Shown here piece by piece: positions 27,941 to 37,084 of a stretch of DNA of 64,000 nt (position 1 is the stretch's first letter; each line of letters begins with the position of its first letter). Origin of the DNA: an uncultured delta proteobacterium (GTDB lineage: Bacteria > Myxococcota > Myxococcia > Myxococcales > Myxococcaceae); contig CAVQKE010000005.1 in NCBI GenBank assembly GCA_963713045.1, forward strand, positions 128,001 through 192,000. The letters run 5' to 3'. A program made the position numbers and the translations under genes. Below the pieces are notes generated by a model that did no database searches, had not been told where the DNA came from, and saw only the letters and a list, made by a program, of their open reading frames with translations.

Positions 27941-29530
27941 ATGCCTCAGCGCTTCGACTTTCTGGTGGTCGGCGGCGGAGTGGCGGGTCTCTCCTTTGCC
28001 CTGGAGGCCAGCCAACGCGGCTCGGTGTGCGTCCTCACCAAGCGGAGTCGGAGCGAGTGCAACACCGTGTACGCCCAAGGCGGCATCGCCTCCGTTCTCT
28101 CCCCGCGGGACTCCTTCGCCCAGCATGAGGAAGACACCTTCGCCGCCGGGAGCGGCCTGAACCACCGAGACGCGGTGGAAGTGACTGTGCGGGAGGGGCC
28201 GGAGCGGGTGAAGGAGTTGGTGGCCCTGGGGGCCGACTTTAACCGCCGGCCGGACGGGGAGTGGGACTTGACCCGGGAAGGGGGTCACTCCCGGCGCCGA
28301 ATTGTCCACAGCGGGGACATTACCGGGCGGGAAGTGGAGCGGGTGCTGCTGGCGGCCTGCGACGACCGGCCCAACATTCACTTCGTCTCGGACAGCGCGG
28401 CCATCGACTTGGTGCTTCAGCGCCGCGTCGTCCACGGGGCGGCGGCACGCGCTCTGGGGGTGTACGTCCTTCTGCCCACCGGCGAAATTGAGACGTTTCT
28501 CGGCCGGGTGGTGGTGCTGGCCACTGGGGGTGCCGGCAAGGTGTATCTGTACACCACCAACCCGGACGTGGCGACGGGGGACGGGGTGGCGATGGCGTAC
28601 CGAGCCGGGGCGCACATCGCCAACATGGAATTTTACCAGTTCCACCCCACCTGCCTCTTCAGCCCGGAGGCGAAGAATTTCCTCATCAGCGAGGCGCTGC
28701 GGGGCGAGGGCGGCAAGCTGCGCCTTCGCAATGGGGCCTCCTTCATGGAGCGCTACAGCCCCCTGAAGGAGCTTGCGCCGAGAGACGTGGTGGCCAAGGC
28801 CATCGACGGCGAGCTCAAGCGCACCGGTGACGACTACGTCCTGTTGGACATGACGCACCTCGGGCGCGCGTTTCTGATTGAACGGTTCCCCAACATTTAC
28901 GAAGTCTGCCGGCAATTCGGCGTGGACATGGCCGTCCAGCCGATTCCCGTCGTTCCGGCGGCGCACTACCAGTGTGGCGGCGCGGTGACGGACCTCCACG
29001 GCCGCACCACCATTCCCGGGCTGTATGCGGTGGGTGAGGTGGCCCACACCGGGCTCCACGGCGCCAACCGCCTGGCCTCCAACTCGCTGCTGGAGGGCCT
29101 GGTGTTCGGCCACCGTGCAGCCCGAGCGGCCGCCCAGGAGGTGAAGGGGCTCGGCTTCCCGGAGGAGGACGTTCCGCCGTGGAACCCGGGGGCCGCGGTG
29201 GACCCCAACGAAAGCGTCATCGTGACGCACAACTGGGAGGAAGTCCGTCGACTGATGTGGAACTACGTCGGCATTGTCCGCAGTGACAAGCGTCTGATGC
29301 GGGCGCGCCGACGGCTGGACCTTTTGCGCGAGGAGATTCGGGACTACTACTGGCGCTTCAAGGTCACGCGCGACATCATCGAATTGCGCAACATTGCCGA
29401 CGTGGCGCACCTGATTGTGGAGTGTGCCACCCGGCGTAAGGAAAGCCGGGGCCTGCACTACAACCTCGACTACCCCAACCGCGACGAACACAACTGGGCC
29501 AAGGACACCGTCGTCTTCCGCGAGCTCTAG
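27941..29530 (+). CDS. nadB: L-aspartate oxidase
   Basis: GGGVAG, AQGGIA, TREGGHS..RI.H, QFHPT, HGANRLASNSLLE, ESRGLH. Confidence 0.97.
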   Translation: MPQRFDFLVVGGGVAGLSFALEASQRGSVCVLTKRSRSECNTVYAQGGIASVLSPRDSFAQHEEDTFAAGSGLNHRDAVEVTVREGPERVKELVALGADFNRRPDGEWDLTREGGHSRRRIVHSGDITGREVERVLLAACDDRPNIHFVSDSAAIDLVLQRRVVHGAAARALGVYVLLPTGEIETFLGRVVVLATGGAGKVYLYTTNPDVATGDGVAMAYRAGAHIANMEFYQFHPTCLFSPEAKNFLISEALRGEGGKLRLRNGASFMERYSPLKELAPRDVVAKAIDGELKRTGDDYVLLDMTHLGRAFLIERFPNIYEVCRQFGVDMAVQPIPVVPAAHYQCGGAVTDLHGRTTIPGLYAVGEVAHTGLHGANRLASNSLLEGLVFGHRAARAAAQEVKGLGFPEEDVPPWNPGAAVDPNESVIVTHNWEEVRRLMWNYVGIVRSDKRLMRARRRLDLLREEIRDYYWRFKVTRDIIELRNIADVAHLIVECATRRKESRGLHYNLDYPNRDEHNWAKDTVVFREL

Positions 29531-29551
29531 CCGCAAGGAGGCCACAAGCCA

Positions 29552-30249
29552 ATGGTTCTCCGTCGCGATGACGCCTTCGGCCAGCCCCCGGGGCCGCTGC
29601 CCGAGAAGCCGCCTGCCTCCCTCCGTCCACCCGGGCGCCGTCCGCTTCCCCCTTCTGCACCGGCGTCATCGCAGTGTGTGTGGCGGTGTTTGTGGCGGGC
29701 CTGCCCAGCATCGGACTTGTCGACGTCAGAAACTACGCGCTGTACGGGCCCGCGGTGCAGGCCGGGGAATGGTGGCGCGTCCTGACCTGCGTGGTGGTGC
29801 ACGGCGGCCCCCTTCACATCTTCCTCAACATGATGGTGGTGGTGAACTTGGGCTTCGCGGTGGAGCGGCTGCTTGGGACGCCGCGGATGGCGGCCGTTTC
29901 GCTGGTCTCCGCCCTGGGCAGCGCGACGCTGGTGCTGGCCTTCGCCTTCCGGCTGCCGACGGTGGGAGCGTCCGGGATGATTCTCGGCTGGGCCGGGGCG
30001 CTGCTTCCCGTCGTCAACCGGCAGGGCCGTCAAAACCTGGCGTGGCTCTTCATCCAGGTGGCCGTCATCAGTCTCCTCCCCGGGGTGAGTTGGCAGGGTC
30101 ACCTGGGAGGGGCCCTGGCAGGGCTGGCGTGCGGCGGTCTCCTCCGCCTGGGCCCGAGCCGCTTCAACCAGCTGTGGCCGGTGCTGGCAGCCGCGCTGGC
30201 ACTGGCCATTTTCTACCTCGGCCGCGCCGGTGGCCTCGCACTGTCATGA
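29552..30249 (+). CDS. Rhomboid intramembrane serine protease (one homopolymer frameshift near the 5' end)
   Basis: WWR, H..HIFLNM, GASG and HLGG motifs; RBS aaggagg before ATG 29552; needs +1 C at 29648-29652. Confidence 0.88.
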
Positions 30250-30794
30250 GTCCGTTTAGCGTCTGCGTCTTCTGCGGTGCCAAGGCTGGGGCGCGCCCGA
30301 GGTATGCGGAGGCGGCCAGGCAGTTGGGCAGTCGCCTGGGGGCGCGTGGCCTCGGCCTGGTGTATGGCGGCGGCCAGGTGGGCCTGATGGGCGTCCTGGC
30401 CGACGCGGCGTTGGCGGCGGGCACTGCCGTCACGGGCATCCTCCCCGAGGGCCTCGCCAGTGCCGAGGTGGCCCACCGCGGCCTGAGTGAACTCATCCTC
30501 ACGGCGGGGCTGCACCAGCGCAAAGCGGCGATGGCAGCAAGGGCCCAAGCTTTCGTCGCACTGCCAGGCGGGTTTGGCACGCTGGATGAGTTGTTTGAGG
30601 CCCTCACCTGGCAGCAGCTGGGCTTGCACACCCGGCCGGTGGGCCTCCTGGAGGTGGACGGCTACTTCACCGCACTGCTCCAGTTTTTGGACAACGCCCT
30701 GGACGCGGGCTTTCTCAGCCCGCATGACCGGGCGCGCCTGGTCACCCACGCCGATGCGGACGCCCTGTTGGATGCCTTGGGCGCCCCGTCCTGA
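30246..30794 (+). CDS. LOG family protein (TIGR00730)
   Basis: CVFCGA, LVYGGG..GLMG, RK, ALPGGFGTLDE. Confidence 0.92.
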   Translation: MSPFSVCVFCGAKAGARPRYAEAARQLGSRLGARGLGLVYGGGQVGLMGVLADAALAAGTAVTGILPEGLASAEVAHRGLSELILTAGLHQRKAAMAARAQAFVALPGGFGTLDELFEALTWQQLGLHTRPVGLLEVDGYFTALLQFLDNALDAGFLSPHDRARLVTHADADALLDALGAPS

Positions 30795-30851
30795 GGGCTA
30801 GCCCCGCGCTGCACCCGCGACGGGGGCTCCGGACGGCGGTGCTGAAGACGC

Positions 30852-31493
30852 TTAGCGCGTCGGCAGTGGGAACTCGGCCCGCCCAAGGGAGGACGCCAGC
30901 AGCACGGTGAAGTTCGCCACCTCCGGCGGCGCCACCGGGCGGGCGTCCACTGACTTCGGGAAGCGCACCTGGAAGACATTCCAGAAATCCCCCATGTAGG
31001 GGTAGTAGGCACGGGTGTTGAGGTTGGCGTGCCCCAGGCGCTTGACGAGGACGGGGGGGACTTCCCCCGCGGGCGTCACCAGCGCCAGCCGCCAAATGCT
31101 GCCCGGCTGCCCAATGTCGTCAAATTTGGGGTTTTGCATGTAGACGCCCAAGGTAAATTCGTAGAAGTCCCCCGAGAATTCTGCCTGTGCGGACTGCAAG
31201 TCGCTCGCAAGCTGGTCGGCGGGTTTGGCCTGAAAGGCGTCGCGCCGGCGGATGCGGGCGTCGACAAACACCGGACTCTCGAAAGTCACGCCTCCGAAGA
31301 GAATGGTGTCAAAGCCAATGAAGACTTGCCGCTGGGCGCTGAAGTGCTGCAGCACGGACTGGTAGTAGGCGTTGGCGTTGCCGTCTGGAAGGTCCGGCCC
31401 CGGCGAGCCCACTTGCGGCGGCGGCAGGGTGCTGCAGGCCAGGGCGAGTCCGAGGAGAACCGCGGCCGGTCGCCGGCTCAGCGCCCCCCTCAC
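30852..31493 (-). CDS. Lipoprotein of unknown function
   Basis: Lipobox LALAC; translationally coupled to pyrE. Confidence 0.72.
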   Translation of the reverse strand: MRGALSRRPAAVLLGLALACSTLPPPQVGSPGPDLPDGNANAYYQSVLQHFSAQRQVFIGFDTILFGGVTFESPVFVDARIRRRDAFQAKPADQLASDLQSAQAEFSGDFYEFTLGVYMQNPKFDDIGQPGSIWRLALVTPAGEVPPVLVKRLGHANLNTRAYYPYMGDFWNVFQVRFPKSVDARPVAPPEVANFTVLLASSLGRAEFPLPTR

Positions 31494-32056
31494 GGCAAGA
31501 AGTCCTTCCGGGTGAAGAGACAGGACAGCCCATAGCCCTTCTCGGTAATGGCGGCCCGTCCTCCCTCCATCCGGTCCACCAGAGCAAAGGCACAGCGGAC
31601 GACGAGGCCCTCGGCCTCGGCACGCTCAACCGCCCTGAGGGTGGAGGCGCCAGTGGTGACGACATCTTCGACGATGGCCACTTCCGCGCCGTCGGCGATG
31701 AGGGTGCGCCCTTCCATCCATTGGCCGGTCCCGTGGCCCTTTGGTTCCTTGCGGACAATGAAGGCCGGAAGCGGCGTCCCGGCGAGGTAACTCATCAGGC
31801 TGACGGCGGAGGCGAGCGGGTCCGCGCCGAGGGTGAGGCCCCCCACCGCCGCGGCCGCTGGGGCGAGGCGCTGGATGTCGCGCAACAGAAGCCTTCCAAT
31901 GAGGAAATGCCCCTCGGCGGTGAGGGCGGTGCGCTTGCAGTCGATGTAGAAGTCGCTCTCCAGCCCGGAGGACAACGTCACCCGCCGCTTTTCAAAGGAC
32001 AACCGGGTGAGTAGCTCCAGAAGCCGTGCACGGTCCCGCGCCAGCGCGCCCTCCAT
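31490..32056 (-). CDS. pyrE: Orotate phosphoribosyltransferase
   Basis: TLSSG..SDFYID, GLTLGADP, VRKEPKGHG, VEDVVTTG. Confidence 0.96.
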   Translation of the reverse strand: MEGALARDRARLLELLTRLSFEKRRVTLSSGLESDFYIDCKRTALTAEGHFLIGRLLLRDIQRLAPAAAAVGGLTLGADPLASAVSLMSYLAGTPLPAFIVRKEPKGHGTGQWMEGRTLIADGAEVAIVEDVVTTGASTLRAVERAEAEGLVVRCAFALVDRMEGGRAAITEKGYGLSCLFTRKDFLP

Positions 32057-32058
32057 GC

Positions 32059-32859
32059 TTAGCTTTCCTCCAGGTAAGCGACCAGTTCGGCGGCGTAGCG
32101 CAGCTGGGTGAGCAGCTCCGCTTTGATGTCGTCCTCCAGCGCCCCGAAGACGGGCAAGAGCAGGGCCAAGTCCTGGTTGGCGTCGCCCAGCTGCTGCGTG
32201 AGGGAGAGGGCCAGTTCGTCGGCGTCAATTTCCTGCTCCGGCCCTTCCGGGGACAACTCCCCTCCCCCCAGGGCCTGCTCCAGCAATTCGTTGGCCGCCG
32301 GCCCAAGGCGTCCTTCGCTGGCCAGCCGCTCTCGCAAGGCCCCCAGCTCGTCTGCCGAGAGGGGCACTGCGTCCAGCCCGTCGGCGAGGGCCACCAGGAG
32401 GGCGTCCTCATCGGAGAGCTCGGTGTGGATGCGCGCCAGGACTTTGTCCCGCTGCAAGAAGCGCAGGGCGGCCACTCGGCGGTGGCCGCACACCAGCTGG
32501 AAGCGCTCGCCGTGGACCCGGACGTCCACCGGAAACAGTTGTCCCAGGCGAGCAATGTCCTGGGCCAGCCGGCTAACGTCCCCCTCCTCCCGCAGCCGAA
32601 AGGCGTCGTCGTCGTCAAGCTCCTCCAGGGAGAGGAGGGCCTGTTCGACGTGAATCGGGCGGCTGAGGACAGCCTCCGAGAGGAAGACGCGCGGTGGCAG
32701 CGAGGGCCCCGGGGCATCGAGGACTTCCGCCGCCGCCTCCTCCACTTGAATTTCCGGCAGCAGCTCAGCCCTTGGCGTCTCGGCACCCTCCGCAGCCGCC
32801 GGCTCGCGCGGCTCCTCGAGGCTTTCCGGTGCCGGCCTCTCTTGCTCGGGCGTCTCCAT
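32059..32859 (-). CDS. padC: ParB-like bactofilin adaptor PadC
   Basis: Acidic disordered N-terminus; ParB/Srx box GQLFPV...QLVCGHRR; directly downstream of three bactofilins as in M. xanthus. Confidence 0.8.
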   Translation of the reverse strand: METPEQERPAPESLEEPREPAAAEGAETPRAELLPEIQVEEAAAEVLDAPGPSLPPRVFLSEAVLSRPIHVEQALLSLEELDDDDAFRLREEGDVSRLAQDIARLGQLFPVDVRVHGERFQLVCGHRRVAALRFLQRDKVLARIHTELSDEDALLVALADGLDAVPLSADELGALRERLASEGRLGPAANELLEQALGGGELSPEGPEQEIDADELALSLTQQLGDANQDLALLLPVFGALEDDIKAELLTQLRYAAELVAYLEES

Positions 32860-32914
32860 CGCTTCGTGCCATACCACACCGGCGTGGTGACGCCGGGTTG
32901 GGCTTCCGAGGGCT

Positions 32915-33496
32915 TTACCGCTTCTTCTTGACGACAATCTTCTTCTTCGCCCCAGCGGCCACGGTGGGCGGGGCCGGCGGGGGGGCGGGCGGGGCCTTGG
33001 CCGCTTCGGGCGTCCGAGAGACGAAGGCCGGCATCGGGGCGCGCGTCGGCGGCCGCGGTGGGAGCGCCGGCGGACGGGCCGGGGCGAGTGCCGCGCGCAC
33101 CACCGGCCGCACCTGCGTCCGGGGCCGCTCGGGCAAGGGCCGCCCGGGGGCAAGTTCTCCCATGTCCACTCGGCCGCGGAAGCTTGCGCCGTCGACGATG
33201 ATGACGCGCGGCGAGCGAATGTCGCCCACCATGCGTCCGTCACGGGTGAGTTCGACCGACTCGGTGGCAGCGATGTTGCCCACCACCACGCCACTGACCA
33301 CCGCGTTTTTGACGGAGACGTTGGCCTTCACCACACCGGACGGCTCGACGATGAGCGTCCGGGTGAGGGCCAGCTCGCCTTCGACGCGGCCGCGGACGGT
33401 GAGGTCCTCGTCTCCGCTGAGCCTGCCGTTGATGAGGATGGACGGGCCGATGACGGTGTTTCCACCGGGGCCGGACAGCTCCTTGGGGCTGGCCAT
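32915..33496 (-). CDS. bacP: Bactofilin with Pro-rich C-terminal tail
   Basis: TVIG..I.I.G.LSGDEDL.V.G..EG...GA.F.G.VDM; tail ends [10 protein letters not shown]. Confidence 0.87.
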   Translation of the reverse strand: MASPKELSGPGGNTVIGPSILINGRLSGDEDLTVRGRVEGELALTRTLIVEPSGVVKANVSVKNAVVSGVVVGNIAATESVELTRDGRMVGDIRSPRVIIVDGASFRGRVDMGELAPGRPLPERPRTQVRPVVRAALAPARPPALPPRPPTRAPMPAFVSRTPEAAKAPPAPPPAPPTVAAGAKKKIVVKKKR

Positions 33497-33500
33497 GGGC

Positions 33501-33821
33501 TTAGCCCTTCACGTCCATGTCGACGTTGCCCTTGAAGGAGGCGCCGTCGGCAATGAGGATGCGCGGGGCTTTGATGTCGCCCACCACCCGGCAGTCGCTC
33601 TTGAGCTCCACCTTGTCACTGGCGGCAATGTTGCCCGTCACGCGGCCGGCGATTTCAACATTTTGTGTCTCGATGTCGGCCTCCACGACACCTGAACTCT
33701 CCACGAAGAGGCTTTCCTTCAATGAGATTTTCCCCTTCACGGTGCCCTGGATGACCAGGTCCTCATCGCCCGAAATCTCCCCGTCAATAATCAGGCTCGA
33801 ACCGATGACTGTATTTGCCAC
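33501..33821 (-). CDS. bacO: Bactofilin
   Basis: DUF583 beta-helix pattern; middle gene of the triplet. Confidence 0.87.
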   Translation of the reverse strand: MANTVIGSSLIIDGEISGDEDLVIQGTVKGKISLKESLFVESSGVVEADIETQNVEIAGRVTGNIAASDKVELKSDCRVVGDIKAPRILIADGASFKGNVDMDVKG

Positions 33822-33874
33822 GTGGGCATCCCCTCCAGAGGGCTACTGCGACAAGGTCTTTGCCGGTGCGCGCT

Positions 33875-34219
33875 TCAAATGTCGTCCGGCAGCTTCACTT
33901 CCATCTCGATGGAACCGTTGAAGACGGCGCCGTCCTCAATCACCACCCGCGGCGCCTTGATGTCGCCGGCCACCTTGGCCGAGGTGTTGATGGCCACCCG
34001 TGAGGAGGCGTCGATGTTTCCGCTCGCCTCGCCGTTGATGGTCAGCTCCTCCGCCCGAATGTCGGCCTCCACCTTCCCCGTGGGTTCAATGGTGAGGTGG
34101 TTCTTGAGAGCAATTTGGCCTTCCACCCGGCCCTCAATCACCAGGTTTCCGCCGCCGCTGAGGCTGCCCTTGATGATGATGCCCTTGCCGATGATGCCGA
34201 CCTGGTCAGCCTGTGCCAT
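33875..34219 (-). CDS. bacN: Bactofilin
   Basis: DUF583 pattern; first gene of the triplet. Confidence 0.87.
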   Translation of the reverse strand: MAQADQVGIIGKGIIIKGSLSGGGNLVIEGRVEGQIALKNHLTIEPTGKVEADIRAEELTINGEASGNIDASSRVAINTSAKVAGDIKAPRVVIEDGAVFNGSIEMEVKLPDDI

Positions 34220-34245
34220 CCCTTGCCTCTCGTCGAAAACGTACG

Positions 34246-35079
34246 CTACAGATGCTCGGATATCCAGCGACAGATGTCGCGAAATACTTCTTCCTTGCCC
34301 ACCTCATTCAGCAGTTCGTGTCGCATACCGGGGTACTCGCGCAGTGTCTTGTCCTTCGTGCCTAGGGTGTCGAAGAACTGCCGCGCGACTGTCGCGGAGG
34401 CGATGCGGTCGTCCGTCCCCAGCAGCAAAAGGACGGGGACTTGGATGGCGGCCCCGCGGGCCAACACCTCGGCTTGGGCGCGGCTGGACTCGACAAACCA
34501 CCGCGGCGTCCCCACCCGGTTGTAGAGCGGGTCGGCGTTGGTGGCGCGCACCCAGGCCTCGTCCCGGCTGAGGGCGGCGAGGTCCAGGTCGAGTGGGACA
34601 CGCATCGCCGGAAAAATGCCCTGCAGCGCCTTGGCCATCCCGGCCTTCCAGGCCGGCGGCGCAAAGGCGAGTGCCAGGTAGGGCGAGGACAACACCAGTC
34701 CGTCGATGAGGGGCGTGGCCCGCCGCTGCAGCGCCGCCAGGGCCTCCAGCCCCCCGTGGCTGTGGCCGATGACGAAGGCCCGGGTGTTCCCCGCTTGGGT
34801 GCGCATGCGGGCCAGTGCCCGGTCAAAGTCGTCCAGGTAGTCGGAGAATTGGCGGACGTGCCCCCGCGGCCCGGGCGTCTTCCCATGTCCGCGCTGGTCG
34901 TAGGCATGGACGCCGAACCCTTCGGCCACCAGGGCGTCGCGCAGGCTGCGATAGCGGCCGAGGTGGTCGGCATAGCCGTGGAGCATGAGGACATGGGCGC
35001 GTGCCCCGGTGGGCACGTCATCCTCGGTCCACAGGCGCGCACCATCGACGTCGAGGAAGGCTTCCTCGTGAAGGACCAT
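34246..35079 (-). CDS. agmH: Lysophospholipase / alpha-beta hydrolase (AgmH-like)
   Basis: HGYADH.GRY, DQRGHG, GHSHGG, RHE; syntenic with bacNOP. Confidence 0.8.
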   Translation of the reverse strand: MVLHEEAFLDVDGARLWTEDDVPTGARAHVLMLHGYADHLGRYRSLRDALVAEGFGVHAYDQRGHGKTPGPRGHVRQFSDYLDDFDRALARMRTQAGNTRAFVIGHSHGGLEALAALQRRATPLIDGLVLSSPYLALAFAPPAWKAGMAKALQGIFPAMRVPLDLDLAALSRDEAWVRATNADPLYNRVGTPRWFVESSRAQAEVLARGAAIQVPVLLLLGTDDRIASATVARQFFDTLGTKDKTLREYPGMRHELLNEVGKEEVFRDICRWISEHL

Positions 35080-35094
35080 GGCGGTGAGGCAAGC

Positions 35095-36945
35095 CTAGCG
35101 GTCCGCGACGTCCGAGGACAGTCCCTTCAGCTTCGCCTCCACCCGGGGCCGAAGGGCGGCGGCCTCGGGGTCGGTGGAGGTGCGAGCCGCCTCCAGGGAG
35201 CGGCGGTAGGCGGCCGCCGCCTCTCGGCGCTTCTGGATGCCGAGGTAGGCGTCGCCCAAGTGTTCGGCGATGACCGGTTCATCCGGCTCGAGCGCCGCGG
35301 CATGTTCCAAGGTGGTGACGGCCCGCCCGTATTCGTGGCGGTGGAAGAAGAGCCAGCCGAGGCTGTCCAGGAAGGCTCCCGTCTCCGGGCGCAGCTCCAG
35401 CGCGCGGTGCAGCAGCCGCTCGGCTTCGTCCAAGTCCCGGTCCTGCTCGGTGAGGGTGTAGCCGATGAAGTTGAGGGCGGAGGCGTTGTCCGGGTTGAGG
35501 GCCAGCACCTCGCGCATCCGTTCAATGCTGTGGGTGTGGTCGCCGGCCCTTTCATAGGCAGCAGCCAGCGTGAAGAGGAGTGACTCCTGGTGAGGGCGGC
35601 CTTGGACTTCGCGCGTGAGAAGCGCGATGGCCTCGCCGGTGCGGCCCTGCCGCTCGAGGAGGAGGGCCAGAGCCTCCGTCAGTTGCGGCGCGCCGCGAAC
35701 GCGCGCCGCCTCACGAAGGAAGCGCTCGCCCTCGCCGGGCTTGCCATTCACCTCGAGGGCCTCGGCCAAGGCGGGGTAGAGGGCCAAGTCATCCGGCGTT
35801 GCCAGAAGCGCGGCTTGAAGCAGCGCGACGCCCTCTGCCGGCCGCCCAGCACGCCCCAGGGCTGCGGCACGCCGCAGTCGCGCCTCGCGGAAAAGCTCCG
35901 AGGCCGCGCCCACCTCGGCGTAGGCCTGGACCGCCTCCTCCCAGCGCGCGGCGCGCTCGTCCAACAGCCCGGCGTAAAAGGAGACGCGCGGGTCCGCCAC
36001 GCCGGCATGCCGTGCGTCGTTGAGGACAGCGCTGGCCTCGGCCGTCCGCTGCGCAGAAAGCCAGGTGAAGGCGACGCGCAGGGTGAGGTCCGGGTCCTCG
36101 GAAAGGCCCAAGACTCTGTCCAGGTAGGCCCGGGCGCGGCCGGGCGCATCGGCCCGCAGCGCGAGGCGCCCCGCGTCCAACAGCGCATTGCGGTTGTCGG
36201 GGTCGACTTCCAGGGCATGGGCCAAGCTGTCCTCGGCCACCGCTGGCTTGCCGAGCGCCTCCTGCACGCCGGCCAGGGACACCCAAGTCTCCACGTCGCC
36301 CGGGTCGAGCTCGGCGGCGCGCGCCAGCAGGGACTCGGCACGGGGGGCTTCCCCTTTCTCGGCCAGCGCTTGGCCGAGGCGCTTCAGCCCGAGCGGCTCG
36401 CCGCCCGCATCCGCCAGCGCCTGCACCACGTGCACCGCCTCGTCCAACTGTCCGGATTCCAGCGCCATCTCTGCCAGAAGCAGGTAGGAGTCCGGCTCCT
36501 TGGGCCGTTGCGCCTGGGCCCGCCGCAGCACCGCGCGGGCCTTGGGAAATTGGCGCCCTTCATACAGGACGCGCGCCAACAGCAGCTCTGCCGCAAAGTC
36601 ATCCGGGTGCCTGTCGAGGACGGCCCGGGCCTGGTCTTCTGCGTGCGGCCAGTCCTGCAGTCGCACGTAGGCCTCACCCAAGGCCACCAGGAGGTAGGGG
36701 TTCCTCTCATCCGTGGCCAACGCCAGCCGCAACTCGTCCACCACCCGGCGCTCGTCGCCAGCCTGGTGAGCAAGACGCGCCAGGAGGAAGTGGGCGTAGG
36801 CCGCAGCAGAGGCGAAGGTGCCGGGCGCGGCGTCCATGGCCTCCCGCATGGCCGAGACGTCCACCGCCGGACGGCGCACCTCCGCCGTTTGCCCGGCCGG
36901 CGTCGCCGCGACGAAAAAGAGGAGGAGGAGGGACGGAGCGGCCAC
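35095..36945 (-). CDS. Exported tetratricopeptide repeat protein
   Basis: Signal-like N-terminus; many TPRs; ALNFIGY, FLDSLGW, EHLGDAY. Confidence 0.85.
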   Translation of the reverse strand: MAAPSLLLLFFVAATPAGQTAEVRRPAVDVSAMREAMDAAPGTFASAAAYAHFLLARLAHQAGDERRVVDELRLALATDERNPYLLVALGEAYVRLQDWPHAEDQARAVLDRHPDDFAAELLLARVLYEGRQFPKARAVLRRAQAQRPKEPDSYLLLAEMALESGQLDEAVHVVQALADAGGEPLGLKRLGQALAEKGEAPRAESLLARAAELDPGDVETWVSLAGVQEALGKPAVAEDSLAHALEVDPDNRNALLDAGRLALRADAPGRARAYLDRVLGLSEDPDLTLRVAFTWLSAQRTAEASAVLNDARHAGVADPRVSFYAGLLDERAARWEEAVQAYAEVGAASELFREARLRRAAALGRAGRPAEGVALLQAALLATPDDLALYPALAEALEVNGKPGEGERFLREAARVRGAPQLTEALALLLERQGRTGEAIALLTREVQGRPHQESLLFTLAAAYERAGDHTHSIERMREVLALNPDNASALNFIGYTLTEQDRDLDEAERLLHRALELRPETGAFLDSLGWLFFHRHEYGRAVTTLEHAAALEPDEPVIAEHLGDAYLGIQKRREAAAAYRRSLEAARTSTDPEAAALRPRVEAKLKGLSSDVADR

Positions 36946-37084
36946 GCGCTGTTTTTTTTTGGAAAGAAGACTCCGCCGTGGGGGGGAGGCGGAACGCCCC
37001 CCAAGCCTAGCAGGCTGGGCGCCAGCCCTGGAGGCCGGGGGGCGCAGGCCGGCCCCGGGCGCCGACGCCACCGAGGCCTGGGCG

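Noticed and set aside
27890..29545. Long antisense ORFs (also 35590-37410, 37988-39325, 39469-41415, 52738-54687, 56965-59154)
   Set aside because: Shadow frames of well-supported high-GC genes; no motifs
32059..33294. 411-aa PadC ORF as given in the ORF track
   Set aside because: The extension overlaps bacP out of frame; ATG 32859 is more plausible
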